Part shown: positions 34,566-45,800 of the stretch, one piece after another | How the letters are laid out: the number at the start of each line of letters is the position of its first letter | Position numbering within the stretch: the first letter of the stretch is position 1 | Assembly (NCBI GenBank): GCA_964388715.1 | Contig: CAYMBN010000004.1 | Span: 31,391-95,390, forward strand | Source of the DNA: an uncultured Methanosarcinales archaeon | Lineage (GTDB): Archaea > Nanobdellota > Nanobdellia > Woesearchaeales > CAYMBN01 | Direction: 5' to 3' | DNA: 64,000 nt | The notes under the pieces: generated by a model | What the model was told of the DNA's origin: nothing | Seen by the model: only the letters and a program-made list of their open reading frames with translations | Database searches by the model: none | Program-made: the position numbers and the translations under genes

Positions 34566-37022
34566 ATGGAAACACAACCTTCTAGCGACGATAAGCAAGA
34601 AAAACAAGAGAAGATTGTAGAGAACGAAATAGAAGAAGAAATGAAATCTTCTTACTTAGATTACGCTATGAGCGTTATTGTTGGAAGAGCTTTACCAGAT
34701 GTAAGAGACGGACTAAAACCTGTCCATAGACGTATTCTTTTTGCAATGAACGAAATGAGTATGTTCCATAATAAACCATTCAAGAAATCAGCTCGTATTG
34801 TTGGTGATGTACTTGCAAAATATCATCCACATGGTGATTCAGCAGTGTATGATACCATGGTAAGGATGGCACAAGGGTTCTCTTTACGTTACCCTTTAAT
34901 AGATGGTCAAGGTAATTGGGGTAGTATTGATGGTGACTCAGCAGCAGCATATCGTTATACAGAAGCACGTTTATCAAAAATATCAGAGGAGCTTCTCATA
35001 GACCTTGATAAAAATACAGTTAATTTTACACCTAATTTTGATGCAAGTTTAAAAGAACCTACTGTTTTACCAGCAAAACTTCCAAACTTATTAATCAATG
35101 GTTCTTCAGGAATTGCAGTTGGAATGGCAACAAACATTCCACCACACAACTTAAATGAAGTGATTAGTGCAACAATTGCACAAATAGATAATCCTGAAAT
35201 TACAATACAAGAACTTATGCAACATATCAAAGGTCCTGATTTTCCAACAGCAGGAATTATTTCAGGAATCAATGGCATAAAAAATGCATACAAAACAGGA
35301 AGAGGCAAAATAACAGTAAAAGCAAAAACAAACATTGAAGAAACAAAAAAGAAAAATAAAATTATTATCACAGAAATTCCTTACATGGTAAACAAATCCT
35401 TACTTATACAACAAATAGCTTCTTTAGTAAGAAACAAAGTAATTAAAGGAATTAGTAATTTAAGAGATGAAAGTGACAGAGAAGGTATGAGAGTTGTAAT
35501 TGAACTTAAACAAGATGCTAACACAGATGTTATTCTTAACCAATTATACAAACACACTAAGATGAAAGTTACTTTTGGTGTTATTATGTTAGCGTTAGTT
35601 AATAATGAACCAAAAATAATGTCACTTAAAGTTATAATCCAACATTACATTGATCATAGAAAAGTTGTTGTTAGAAGACGTACCCAATTTGAACTTGACA
35701 AAGCATTAAAACGTGCACATATTTTAGAAGGTTTAATAATTGCATTAAACAATATTGATGACGCAATAAAATTAATCAAACAAAGTAAAGAAGTAAAAAT
35801 TGCACGTAACTCTTTAATGGAAAAATATTCTCTTTCAGAAATACAAGCACAAGCAATCCTTGAAATGCGGTTACAAAAATTAACTTCACTTGAACAAGAA
35901 AAAATAATAACAGAACATTCTGAGTTACTAAAATTAATACAAGAATTAAAAACTATTTTAGCTGATGAACAAAAAATATTAAACATAATCAAAGCAGAAC
36001 TTTCAGAGCTTAAAGAAAAATATGGTGATGAAAGAAGAACACAAATCATAGAAAGAGAAGAACAAAATATTGAAGTAGAAGATCTTATTGAAGAACAAGA
36101 AATGGTTATAACAGTTTCACATCAAGGATATATCAAAAGAATTCCAATTGATACTTACAGAAAACAACGTAGAGGTGGAAAAGGCATTATTGCAGCAACA
36201 ACAAAAGATGAAGATTTTGTTGAACATCTTTTCACAGCATCAACACATTCTTACTTATTACTTTTCACAAATAAAGGAGATATCCATTGGTTAAAAGTTT
36301 TCAATATCCCAGAAGCAGGTAGACATTCAAAAGGAAAACCAATTGTAAACCTTATTGTGCTTGATAAAGATGAAAAAGTAACTGCAATGGTACCTGTACG
36401 TGAATTTGATGATCAACATTATCTTTTAATGGCAACCAAGAAAGGTATTGTAAAAAAAACAGCATTATCAGAATTCTCAAACCCAAGAAAAGGAGGAATT
36501 CGTGCAATAACTTTAAGCAGTGAAGATCATTTAATTGATGTTGTATTAACAGATGGTACTGCACAAATAATTCTTGCAACTCAAAATGGTATGGCTGTCC
36601 GTTTCAGAGAACAAGATGCACGGGCAATTGGCAGAAGTGGAAAAGGTGTAAAAGGAATTTCTCTAAAAAAAGAAGATGAAGTTATTGCAATGGTTGTTGC
36701 ACACGACGAAGAAAGTCTTTTAAGTGTAACTGAAAATGGTTTTGGAAAACGATCTCTTGTAAAAGATTATAGATTAATAACACGTGGTGGTGTTGGTGTT
36801 ATTAACATAAAAACAAATGAAAGAAATGGTAAAGTTGTTTCAATATTATCTGTAACAGACCACGATGAAATAATGTTAATGAGCCAAAATGGAATTGCAA
36901 TAAGAATGCCAACAAAAGACATTTCTGTAATTGGAAGAAACACTTTAGGCGTTAGAGTGATGAAGCTAACAGGTAGTGATAAACTAGTTGCAGCAGCAAA
37001 TATAATTAATGAAGAAGGTTAA
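34566..37022 (+). CDS. gyrA: DNA gyrase subunit A
   Basis: It has [26 protein letters not shown], the active-site [10 protein letters not shown], and the GyrA box QRRGGKG in the C-terminal beta-pinwheel. Confidence 0.95.
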   Translation: METQPSSDDKQEKQEKIVENEIEEEMKSSYLDYAMSVIVGRALPDVRDGLKPVHRRILFAMNEMSMFHNKPFKKSARIVGDVLAKYHPHGDSAVYDTMVRMAQGFSLRYPLIDGQGNWGSIDGDSAAAYRYTEARLSKISEELLIDLDKNTVNFTPNFDASLKEPTVLPAKLPNLLINGSSGIAVGMATNIPPHNLNEVISATIAQIDNPEITIQELMQHIKGPDFPTAGIISGINGIKNAYKTGRGKITVKAKTNIEETKKKNKIIITEIPYMVNKSLLIQQIASLVRNKVIKGISNLRDESDREGMRVVIELKQDANTDVILNQLYKHTKMKVTFGVIMLALVNNEPKIMSLKVIIQHYIDHRKVVVRRRTQFELDKALKRAHILEGLIIALNNIDDAIKLIKQSKEVKIARNSLMEKYSLSEIQAQAILEMRLQKLTSLEQEKIITEHSELLKLIQELKTILADEQKILNIIKAELSELKEKYGDERRTQIIEREEQNIEVEDLIEEQEMVITVSHQGYIKRIPIDTYRKQRRGGKGIIAATTKDEDFVEHLFTASTHSYLLLFTNKGDIHWLKVFNIPEAGRHSKGKPIVNLIVLDKDEKVTAMVPVREFDDQHYLLMATKKGIVKKTALSEFSNPRKGGIRAITLSSEDHLIDVVLTDGTAQIILATQNGMAVRFREQDARAIGRSGKGVKGISLKKEDEVIAMVVAHDEESLLSVTENGFGKRSLVKDYRLITRGGVGVINIKTNERNGKVVSILSVTDHDEIMLMSQNGIAIRMPTKDISVIGRNTLGVRVMKLTGSDKLVAAANIINEEG

Positions 37023-37023
37023 G

Positions 37024-38133
37024 ATGAAAGCCTTAGCTATTTCTCACAAAGGTTTTGAAAAAGAATGTTCTGATGAAATCAAAGAATTAATTAAAACAAA
37101 AACCTCTATAAAACCACAAGCTATTATTTTCACAATAAAAAATCTTAATGAACTCTGTAAAGTATGCTATCAATCACAATCCTCAACAAGGATCTTACTT
37201 TTATTAGATTCCTTCACTTTCAAAACAATAAATAACATAAAAAAACAAATAAAACAACAAGTGGAAAAACAAAGTCTAAAAGACTGGCTCAAAAAAAGAA
37301 CTTTTGTTGTAAGATGCTTAAGGTTAGGAGAACACAAATTTAGTTCACATGATCTAGAAGCAGAAATTGGCGAAATAATCTTTGAAAAATATAAAAACAA
37401 AGTTAACTTAGAAAATCCAGACATAACATTTTATATTTTCATAAACAACAACCAATGTTATTTTGGAATTGATTTCTGTGGTTTTGACTTAAGCAAAAGA
37501 GATTATAAAATATTTAACCACCCAACATCTCTTAATGGTGCATTCGCATTTTGCATGTTAAGATACGCTAATCACAAACCAAAAGATATCTTACTTGATC
37601 CTTTTTGTGGTTGTGGAACAATTCCAATTGAAGCCACTCTTTACGCAGCCAAAAAAAGTTCAAACTTTTTCAGAAAAGATAAACTTGCTTTTAACAAATT
37701 ACATAAATACTCTTTCAAAGACAAAGAAAACAAAAAGAAATTTAGTATAGTTGGTTCAGACCAATCACTTAGTTGTCTTAAAGCTTCACAAAAAAATGCA
37801 CAAATAGCAGATATACACAAATCACTTAAATTTACAAGAATAGACATTGAATGGCTTGACACAAAATTCAAAAAAGCAGAAATAGACCTAATAATCACCC
37901 ACCCACCATACATTTCCAGAACAAAAACAAAAAAAGACATTGAAAAACTCTACAATGAATTCTTTTACCAAGTTGAATACATCCTAAACAACAAAGGAAG
38001 AATCATTCTACTCACCAAAGACATTAACCTAATCCAACAATCAGCAGAAAAAAACAAATTCAAACTAACAGACAGCAAGGAAGTATGGCATGGGAAAGAA
38101 AGGTTTGAGATTGTTAAATTAGAAAAAGTTTAA
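37024..38133 (+). CDS. THUMP-domain RNA methyltransferase (UPF0020 / Trm14-like tRNA guanine-N2 methyltransferase)
   Basis: An N-terminal THUMP-like region is followed by DPFCGCGTIPIEA (SAM motif I) and IITHPPY (motif IV, the (D/N)PPY type). The ATG at 37024 lies 1 nt after the gyrA stop. Confidence 0.72.
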   Translation: MKALAISHKGFEKECSDEIKELIKTKTSIKPQAIIFTIKNLNELCKVCYQSQSSTRILLLLDSFTFKTINNIKKQIKQQVEKQSLKDWLKKRTFVVRCLRLGEHKFSSHDLEAEIGEIIFEKYKNKVNLENPDITFYIFINNNQCYFGIDFCGFDLSKRDYKIFNHPTSLNGAFAFCMLRYANHKPKDILLDPFCGCGTIPIEATLYAAKKSSNFFRKDKLAFNKLHKYSFKDKENKKKFSIVGSDQSLSCLKASQKNAQIADIHKSLKFTRIDIEWLDTKFKKAEIDLIITHPPYISRTKTKKDIEKLYNEFFYQVEYILNNKGRIILLTKDINLIQQSAEKNKFKLTDSKEVWHGKERFEIVKLEKV

Positions 38134-38136
38134 ATA
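38129..38136 (+). promoter_or_regulatory. TATA box overlapping the preceding stop codon
   Basis: TTTAAATA lies 30 nt upstream of the ATG at 38159. Confidence 0.45.
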
Positions 38137-38158
38137 TTGTTGAATTCTTTTCATTTTT

Positions 38159-38791
38159 ATGGGAGATTGGGAATTTATTTTCAAAAAACATGGTAAAGTC
38201 TTTTCACAACCGCAAGAAGATATGCAAAAAGTAATTAAATTACTAAAAAAAGAAAAAGCTAAAAGAATTCTTGATCTTGGATGCGGTTCTGGTAGACATA
38301 CAATAATGTTAGCTAGAGCTGGTTTTGATGTTTATGCAACTGATGTTTCAAAACAGGGATTAAAAATGACTAAAAAATGGCTTAAAGAACTAAATCTAAA
38401 AGCAAAGTTAAAAAATATTTGCTGTTTTAGAAAATTTCCTTTTAAAAATAATTTTTTTGATGCTATAATTTCAACCCAGGTTATTCACCATAATTATTAT
38501 AATAAAATTAAATTATGTATTTCTGAAATTGAAAGAGTTTTAAGGCCTGGAGGAATTGCTTTTGTAACTGTTTCTGCTAGCAAATACAAAAGAAGGGCAA
38601 CTAAATTCAAAGTAACTGCCCCAAGGACATATGTCCCTTTAGATGGCCAAGAAAAAGGATTACCTCATTTTATTTATACAAAGGCTTTGTTTAAGAAAGA
38701 TTTTAAGAATTTTAAAATTTTAGATGTACATATGGATAAAGGTAGACACTATTGTTTATTAGGTAAGTTGAAAAATCACCAAAACCTTTAA
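38159..38791 (+). CDS. Class I SAM-dependent methyltransferase
   Basis: It has RILDLGCGSGRH (motif I) and DAIISTQVIHH. The size and layout fit the Methyltransf_11/25 type. Confidence 0.7.
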   Translation: MGDWEFIFKKHGKVFSQPQEDMQKVIKLLKKEKAKRILDLGCGSGRHTIMLARAGFDVYATDVSKQGLKMTKKWLKELNLKAKLKNICCFRKFPFKNNFFDAIISTQVIHHNYYNKIKLCISEIERVLRPGGIAFVTVSASKYKRRATKFKVTAPRTYVPLDGQEKGLPHFIYTKALFKKDFKNFKILDVHMDKGRHYCLLGKLKNHQNL

Positions 38792-38794
38792 AAA
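38786..38794 (+). promoter_or_regulatory. TATA box for RNase P RNA
   Basis: CTTTAAAAA lies about 30 nt upstream of the first P1 nucleotide (38819). It overlaps the stop codon of the methyltransferase gene. Confidence 0.4.
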
Positions 38795-38818
38795 CCCCCC
38801 GCTCATTCTACGTCTTAA

Positions 38819-39130
38819 AGTAGGGAAATGCCTAACCAACGGTGTTCAATACACTGAGGAAAGTCTGCCCACTACAAAAAGGCTACCTTTCCTAAAAAAA
38901 GGATCCAGAAATGGATGGCAACTGCTCAGAAACGAGACCACCTTTAAAATGAGATGATGCAGTGAAGCATCTGGTAACAGATGTTAGCTAACCTGTTGAT
39001 GTCTTTAAAGGAACGGATGAAACGGCAAGTCCTTAGCCAGTGCAAGTCAATTATTGGCGCTAAGTAGAATGTTAGGAAAGACTATCTGTCTAACAGAGTC
39101 TTACAAAAGGCAGCTTACAATTTCCCTACT
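38819..39130 (+). ncRNA. rnpB: RNase P RNA (about 312 nt)
   Basis: GAGGAAAGTCTGCCCAC matches CR-I (GAGGAAAGUCCGGGC). ACAGAGTCTTACAAAAGGCAGCTTACA matches CR-V (ACAGAA...GGCUUA). AGTAGGGAAAT (38819-38829) pairs perfectly with ATTTCCCTACT (39120-39130) as helix P1. A T8 run follows, and the region is locally GC-richer. Confidence 0.78.
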
Positions 39131-39683
39131 TCTTTTTTTTAACAGAAACTTTATTCTTTGTTATAATAGAATTAGGAATATGAATTATTTCCTTTTTTCT
39201 GGTTTGAATATGTGTTTCAATCAAACTAATCTTAATAACTTTACCTTTTACATCTTGAACCTTAATAACATCACCCAATTTAATCATTTCTCTCTTGTAA
39301 ATGCTTAAACCAGCAATCAAATTAGGAATATAATCCTTCACACTCAAAATAACAGAAACAAGTACAATAATCACAATTGCCCAAGCAATCATATTAAATG
39401 CAGCTATATCCAATCCAAGCTGTTTTAGTGCTGTTATAAAAGTAAAAAAATATATCAACCAAGAAACAATTTTCCCAATATTTTTCTCAACAGGCTTTTT
39501 CATACCAGCCTTTTTCAACAAAACGTTTAACTCAATCTCTTTTAACAGTTTTTCAACAAGTTTTCCAACAATTTTCCCAATAGCAAACCCAATAAGTAAT
39601 ATTACAACCGCAGCAATTATGTTAATAAGATACCTATTAATAAACCCATCAACAACACTAATTCCAGTTATTGTTTTATTCAT
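39126..39683 (-). CDS. Small MscS-family mechanosensitive channel-like protein
   Basis: Three TM segments are followed by IKLGDVIKVQDVKGKVIKISLIETHIQTRKKEIIHIPNSIITKNKV, which matches the MscS beta-domain pattern (GD.I.v....G.V..I.l..T.i......i.iPNs). Confidence 0.65.
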   Translation of the reverse strand: MNKTITGISVVDGFINRYLINIIAAVVILLIGFAIGKIVGKLVEKLLKEIELNVLLKKAGMKKPVEKNIGKIVSWLIYFFTFITALKQLGLDIAAFNMIAWAIVIIVLVSVILSVKDYIPNLIAGLSIYKREMIKLGDVIKVQDVKGKVIKISLIETHIQTRKKEIIHIPNSIITKNKVSVKKKK

Positions 39684-39838
39684 ATTTGAATTATTTTTTT
39701 TAAATTATATAAACTTAACTAAAAACCTATTTTCAGTCGAAAAACACAGAAACCTTTAAATACATCTTCCCCTTAAACTATTTAAATATTACTATCAGAG
39801 GGTTAAAATTATTATCCCTAAAAAACGAGGTGGGTTTA

Positions 39839-42800
39839 ATGAGTAGAGTTCTAAATAGATTAATAAATTTAATTTTAATTATGAGTTTGTTCATAATAAT
39901 TATCAACACTGTTTCTGCAGAAAATTGTTGGGAATATGACGCTACTGACAAAGACACTTGTGAAGCTGCAGACACTGATAATGATGGTAGTGCTGACGAC
40001 TGTTCATGGGATTCATGGGGTTATTATTGTATGGAAAAAGGTTGCTGGGATCATTGGACCCAAGATAGTTGTAGTACAGCAAACGCCTCTGGTTGTTTCT
40101 GGCAAACAGAAGCAAACATGGGCTGGGATGACACAACAGGTTGGTGTGAAGAAAGCGCTGATTGTTGGAATTATAATACAGACAATGGTTGTGCTAATGT
40201 AACTGGTTGTCAATGGAAATCCTCCTCATGTCAAGGCCCTTCTGAATGTTCTGATTATAATGATGAAACAAATTGTCATAATTCTGGTTATGGTTGTTGG
40301 TGGGATTATGGTGATTATTGTTATAACCCGGGTTGTTGGGATTATAAAGCAAAAACAAACTGCGAAACAAACAGTTGTTCTTGGGTATCAAATAGCTATT
40401 GCTCTGAAGCAGGTAACAACTGTTGGAATTATGGTAATCAAACAAGTTGTATTGCTGTAGATGGTTGTTCCTGGGAAACATATGGAGATAATGCTGATGA
40501 AGGTTGGTGTTATAAAAAAGGTTGCTGGGAATATAGTACAAATACTACTTGTTTAGCAGACCCAAGCGGCAATTGCGGTTGGGATACTACTTATACTTAT
40601 TGTTATGAAAAAGGTTGCCACCATTATGGGACCAATGATTCAACAACAGGTTGTGTAGCAAACCCTGATGAAGTTATTGGTGGCTGTCAATGGACTCAAA
40701 ATGGATTATGTAAAGAACCAACTTGTTCTGATTATTCTGATAATACAACTTGTACAACAAAAGTAGGTTGCTTCTGGTCAGGTACTGATAATACAACAGG
40801 AACTTGTAAATGGGAAGGTTGTTGGACTTATAATTCTGATTCTACTTGTAGTAACACAACAGGTTGTCAATGGAAACTTGCTTCATGTAATGGTGATTCA
40901 GGTTGTTCAGATTATACTTCATATTCAACTTGTACAGACGCTACTGAATCATGTTGGTGGTCATGGGGTAATTATTGTACTTCTCTTAATTGTTGGAGTT
41001 CACAATTTAGTAATAATCAAACAGCTTGTGAAACAAACACCCAAGCTCAAGGTTTAGATTGTAAATGGGATTCTTACTGGGGAGAATGCTGGGAAAAATG
41101 GTGTGGTGAATATTCCACAGAAAATGCTTGTAATACAAGCATTTCAGGAGATTGTAAATGGATTGATGGCTGGTGTCAAGAAGAAAATTGTTGGGGTTAT
41201 TCAGATACTGCCACCTGCGCAAGTAAGGGTTGTTCTTGGGATGCTGATTATGGATATTGTGAACAATCTGCTGCAGCAAGCTGTTATGACTTAAATGAAT
41301 CATTATGTGGAAGTGCTGCTTATAATAATTCATGTAGATGGGATCAATGGGGTAGTTATTGTACAGAAAAAGGTTGTTGGGACCTTGGAGATAATGTTAG
41401 TTGTACAAACGCAAACCTTTCAATTGAATGTGCTTGGACAGAAACATCAGAAGGATGGTGTGAAGATTCAGGAACACAATGCTGGGATCATTATTTACAA
41501 ACAGATTGTGAAGCAAATAATTGTACATGGGATTCATGGGGTAGTTATTGTATGACACCTGGTTGTTGGGATCACTGGACAGAACCAACATGTGGAAATG
41601 ATTCTGATTGTCAATGGAAAACATCTTCAAACTCTGGCTGGGACTGGGGCTGGTGTGAAAAAAGATCTTGCTGGAATTGGGATAACACAAATGCAAGTGC
41701 ATGTGTAAACACAAGCTTTAGTGAATACAGTCTTAATTGTTCATGGGATGCAGGTGATGCTGGTGAAGGTTGGTGTTATGGTCCATGGCAAAATAAATGT
41801 TGGTACAATGATTCATACATGGGTGGAAATGAATCAGCTTGTGTAACAAACAACATTAGTGGGGTAAATTGTTCATGGAAAGCAGTAACAGGATGGTGTT
41901 ATGAATCAAGAAAAACCTTTAGTGATTTTAATACAGAAGGTGAATGTCTAAAAAGTGGTTGGGGTAAATGGAATGGTACAGAATGTATTACCTCAGGTGA
42001 AACAATGCAAAATTCAGGTTGTTGGATATTTGATGGAAGAGCAGCAGAATGTGTAGCTGTAAGAGGTTGTACTTACAATTCAACAAGCAGAGAATGTGAA
42101 GGACTAGCAACAGAAGGAATACAATGTAATAATATTACAAAATTAGTAGTGAATAATGAAACAAATCAATCACTTTGTGATGTAATTCCAATGTTATCCA
42201 CTTGTTGTGTATGGGAAGCTGGCCAGTGTCAACTTACTTATGATACAACTTGTTGGGATCAAATGGCAGAAGCACCAGTAGGAGCAACAAACTGTATGGA
42301 TTATAATGCAATTGATAGTCCAACTTTATGTAATCAAATAACAGGAGCTCCTTGGTACATGCCATGTAACTGGAATAATGTAAGTGGACAATGTGAATTC
42401 AATGATGATATGGCCACAGACCTTGATAATATTAAAACAAAAAGAGAATGTGAATCAATAGGTGGTACATGGAAAACAGAAAATGTTTGTGGTACTGATA
42501 ATTGTGCATTTGTAAAACAATGGTGTGAAATGGAATCCGGCAGTTCTACATATGGTTGTGATGCATCTTGTTGGGCTTGTAATAGTTCAGAAGCATGTAG
42601 AGCATCTAAAAAAGATTATTGTCAATGGACAACAGACGGAAACATCTCACAAGGTGGGTTCTGTGATATTCCAGACACATTAGAAATACATGGAGATTGT
42701 GACAAATTTTGTGGGTCATGTGAACATTATTCAGGAGGAGATTCTACTCCTGAAAAAGCATGTAAAGCAAGTGCAGCACAATGTAAATGGGACAATGCAA

Positions 42801-45800
42801 CAGAAAACTGTGTTCAGAAAAAAAGTAAAGGATGTTCTGATGATTGTTTCTACTGTTTTGACAAAGAAGGTTGTAGTTTAAATGGTGGTGGTGCACAAGG
42901 AACATGTAAATGGGATGACTTTGATGGCATGTGTAAACCAACAGAATTTGATAGAGAAATCTGTTTTGATGGAGAAGATAATGATAACAATGATTTAATA
43001 GATTGTGAAGATCCAACATGTATGTTTGATCCATTCTGTGGTGGAAGTGAAATGGATGACTGTTGGAATTATTTAGATAATGCAAGTTGTGCTCAAAACA
43101 ATTGTTCTTGGTTCCAAGATCCTTGGACAAATACCAACAGATGTGGTGTAAAAGGTGAAAATTGTTGGATATATGAAACAAACAGTACAGGTTGTATAGG
43201 AGATATTAATTGCCAATGGTATAGTGACACACATTGTGCAATAAACCACACAAAATCAGACACTTGTTTCAAAAAAACAACTCAAACAGGTTGTGAAGCT
43301 GTTAGTTCTTGTAAATGGGAATCAAACTCATATAGTCCACAAGGAGGATGGTGTGATTTTGCTCCATTTGAATGTGGATGGAATCAAACATTACAACAAA
43401 GTAAAGGAAATTGTGAAAGTAATTCTTTATGTGCATGGGTGACAGATCCATTTAGTGGTACTGGTTGGTGTGAAACAAAATGTTTTGCAAGAAACAGTAG
43501 TGGTGGTCAAATTTACAAAACCCAGGCCACTTGTAATGCTGCTATTGCAGGAGGAATATGTGAATGGTCAACAGGTTGGTGTGAACCAAATAGCACAAGA
43601 ATAGGAGCAGTTTCTGGTGAAGATTGTGCATTCTATGATAATAATATTACACAATGTAATAATCAACCAGGGTGTGCATGGTTTGAACAAGCAATGATGG
43701 GTTCTGATTTTGAACATGGCATGGGTGGAGGTTTCTTTGGCTCACAATGTGACGAAAAAATGTCAATAAATTGTTGGGACTTTAGAAACCAATCAGCATG
43801 TAATGGCTCATTAAGAAATGGTTCAGCTAATGCAACAGGAGATGGAGATGCTTGTAGATGGGTTACAGAAGGAACTTGGTCATGGTGTGAACCATTAGGA
43901 ATGCATTGTGGTCCAATGCACGCACCTATTAATTCAACTACAGATCAACCACAATTAAATAATGCAACATGTGCAGGAGATCAATATTGTACTCTTGCTG
44001 AATATGAAGTAGGTAGAGTTGGTTGTATATCAAAGTGTCATAATACAACTTTAGACGAAACAACTTGTGGCCAAGTTGCAAATGGAAACTATTGTGTCTG
44101 GGGAGGTTCAGGCGCAGGAGGAGGAGCCGGCGGTGGCGGCGGTGACTTAACAATGGGTGGCTGGTGTGATCCAGTTGGTTCTCAAAAAATATTCAAAGAT
44201 ATGGAAGGAGGAGCACCTCATATGCTTGCCAATGATGTATGTGGTTCAGGCACAGCAGATAATGCTACTAAAGAATGGGTTGACATTTGTGGTTTAGGCA
44301 TTAAAGAAATGAATGAAGACTATGGAATGGGTATGGGACTACAAGCAATGACTCTTGCAGCTGCCTGTAATGGTGAAACATTATGGGATGAAACAACAGG
44401 ATCAGGAAGAAAAACAACAAAAGGATTCTGGTATCTTGACACAGATGGTGTTGAAACAGGAGGATGTTCATCTGATGATGGTGCTAATACTGGATTTGAA
44501 TTCAAATTCATAGCAAAATGGGAATGGTCAGATAGTGGATTAAAAGAAAAATTAACAGCAAAAAGATGTTTAAGTGGAAACTGGACAGCAGCTAACATCC
44601 GTCTAGATACTCATACAAAGAAAATGTGTCAAGAACTTCAAGGAATGCTTATTACAGTTAAAAAAGCAGACTTAACAAATCTTCCAGCATTGTTTAAGCC
44701 AGAAAGTTCAATGAGAATATATGCAGCTTCAGCTGGAGAAAACAACACAGCACAATTACCTTCAGATACTGTTGGTCCTGGTTATTACAAATCAGGAACA
44801 GTTGACTTTAAAACAGAAGATTGTGCAGCAATTGGAAAAGTTGACAAAGATACTGATGGATTCTATGCTTATGAAGATCCAGATTGTAAACAAATGTATC
44901 TTGATGAAGATAAAGGATTCAAATCAATTGAAGACTGTAAAACAGCACATGATGATGATATGAATGGGTTAACTAATTGTGCAGACCCTGCATGTAAAGA
45001 CGAACCAGTTTGTGGAGGATCTTTAGCACCAAATTCAAGTGATCATACAACACCAGAAATTAAAACACCAGATGTAAATGAACTTAAAACAAAAGCAGTT
45101 ATAGACTTTAAGACAGATGAACGTGCAAATGGAACTCTATTATTTTACAAAACAGATAGTTCATGTAGCTTGCTCAATGCAACTATCAGAGATAGGGGTT
45201 TATGGGCAGGAAATACTTCAAACAATTACACAAAGTACAACTTCAACAAAAAAATACCTATTAACAACTTAACAGCTAACCAAGACGCACTTAACTATTC
45301 ATTAAGTAATGGCACAACCTACTTTTACAAACTAAAAGTATGTGACATTTCAAGCAATTGTGCTCAATCTGGTTGTTTAAACTTCACAACAAAAGCAACA
45401 GCACAAACAAAAACAATGAAATTTACTGACCCTGATGCAAACCAAGCATGGACAATTGATGTAAACGCAACAGGAGATTATTCTGCACAAGGTGGTGGTT
45501 GTGGAACATCAAGTAATAATAGTGGTAGCTTAGGAAGTTTAATTGACCCTGAAGTAAATACACAGATTAATTTACAACAAACACAATCTGGTTCAGGTGG
45601 AAATATCACCGTAGGCATAGGCGGTATTGACACTTCAGCATCAAAGTCAATAGCAAACCTTGACATGGATGTTGGTACAGCTACTGGTCATGAATCAGGA
45701 TCAACAGAAAATTATGTTTGGATCAATGAAAGTGGTTGGGGTGGAGATCAAGGACTTCATACACAAGGTGCACCTGATAATGTCACTATTATTATGCCAG

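Noticed and set aside
34566-37022. gyrA without an adjacent gyrB as an anomaly
   Set aside because: gyrA and gyrB are often unlinked, and the protein is full-length with the active-site Tyr and the GyrA box. Nothing here is unusual.
39054-39308. 84-aa plus-strand ORF
   Set aside because: Its 5' part is the 3' end of the RNase P RNA, and the remainder is antisense to the MscS-like gene.
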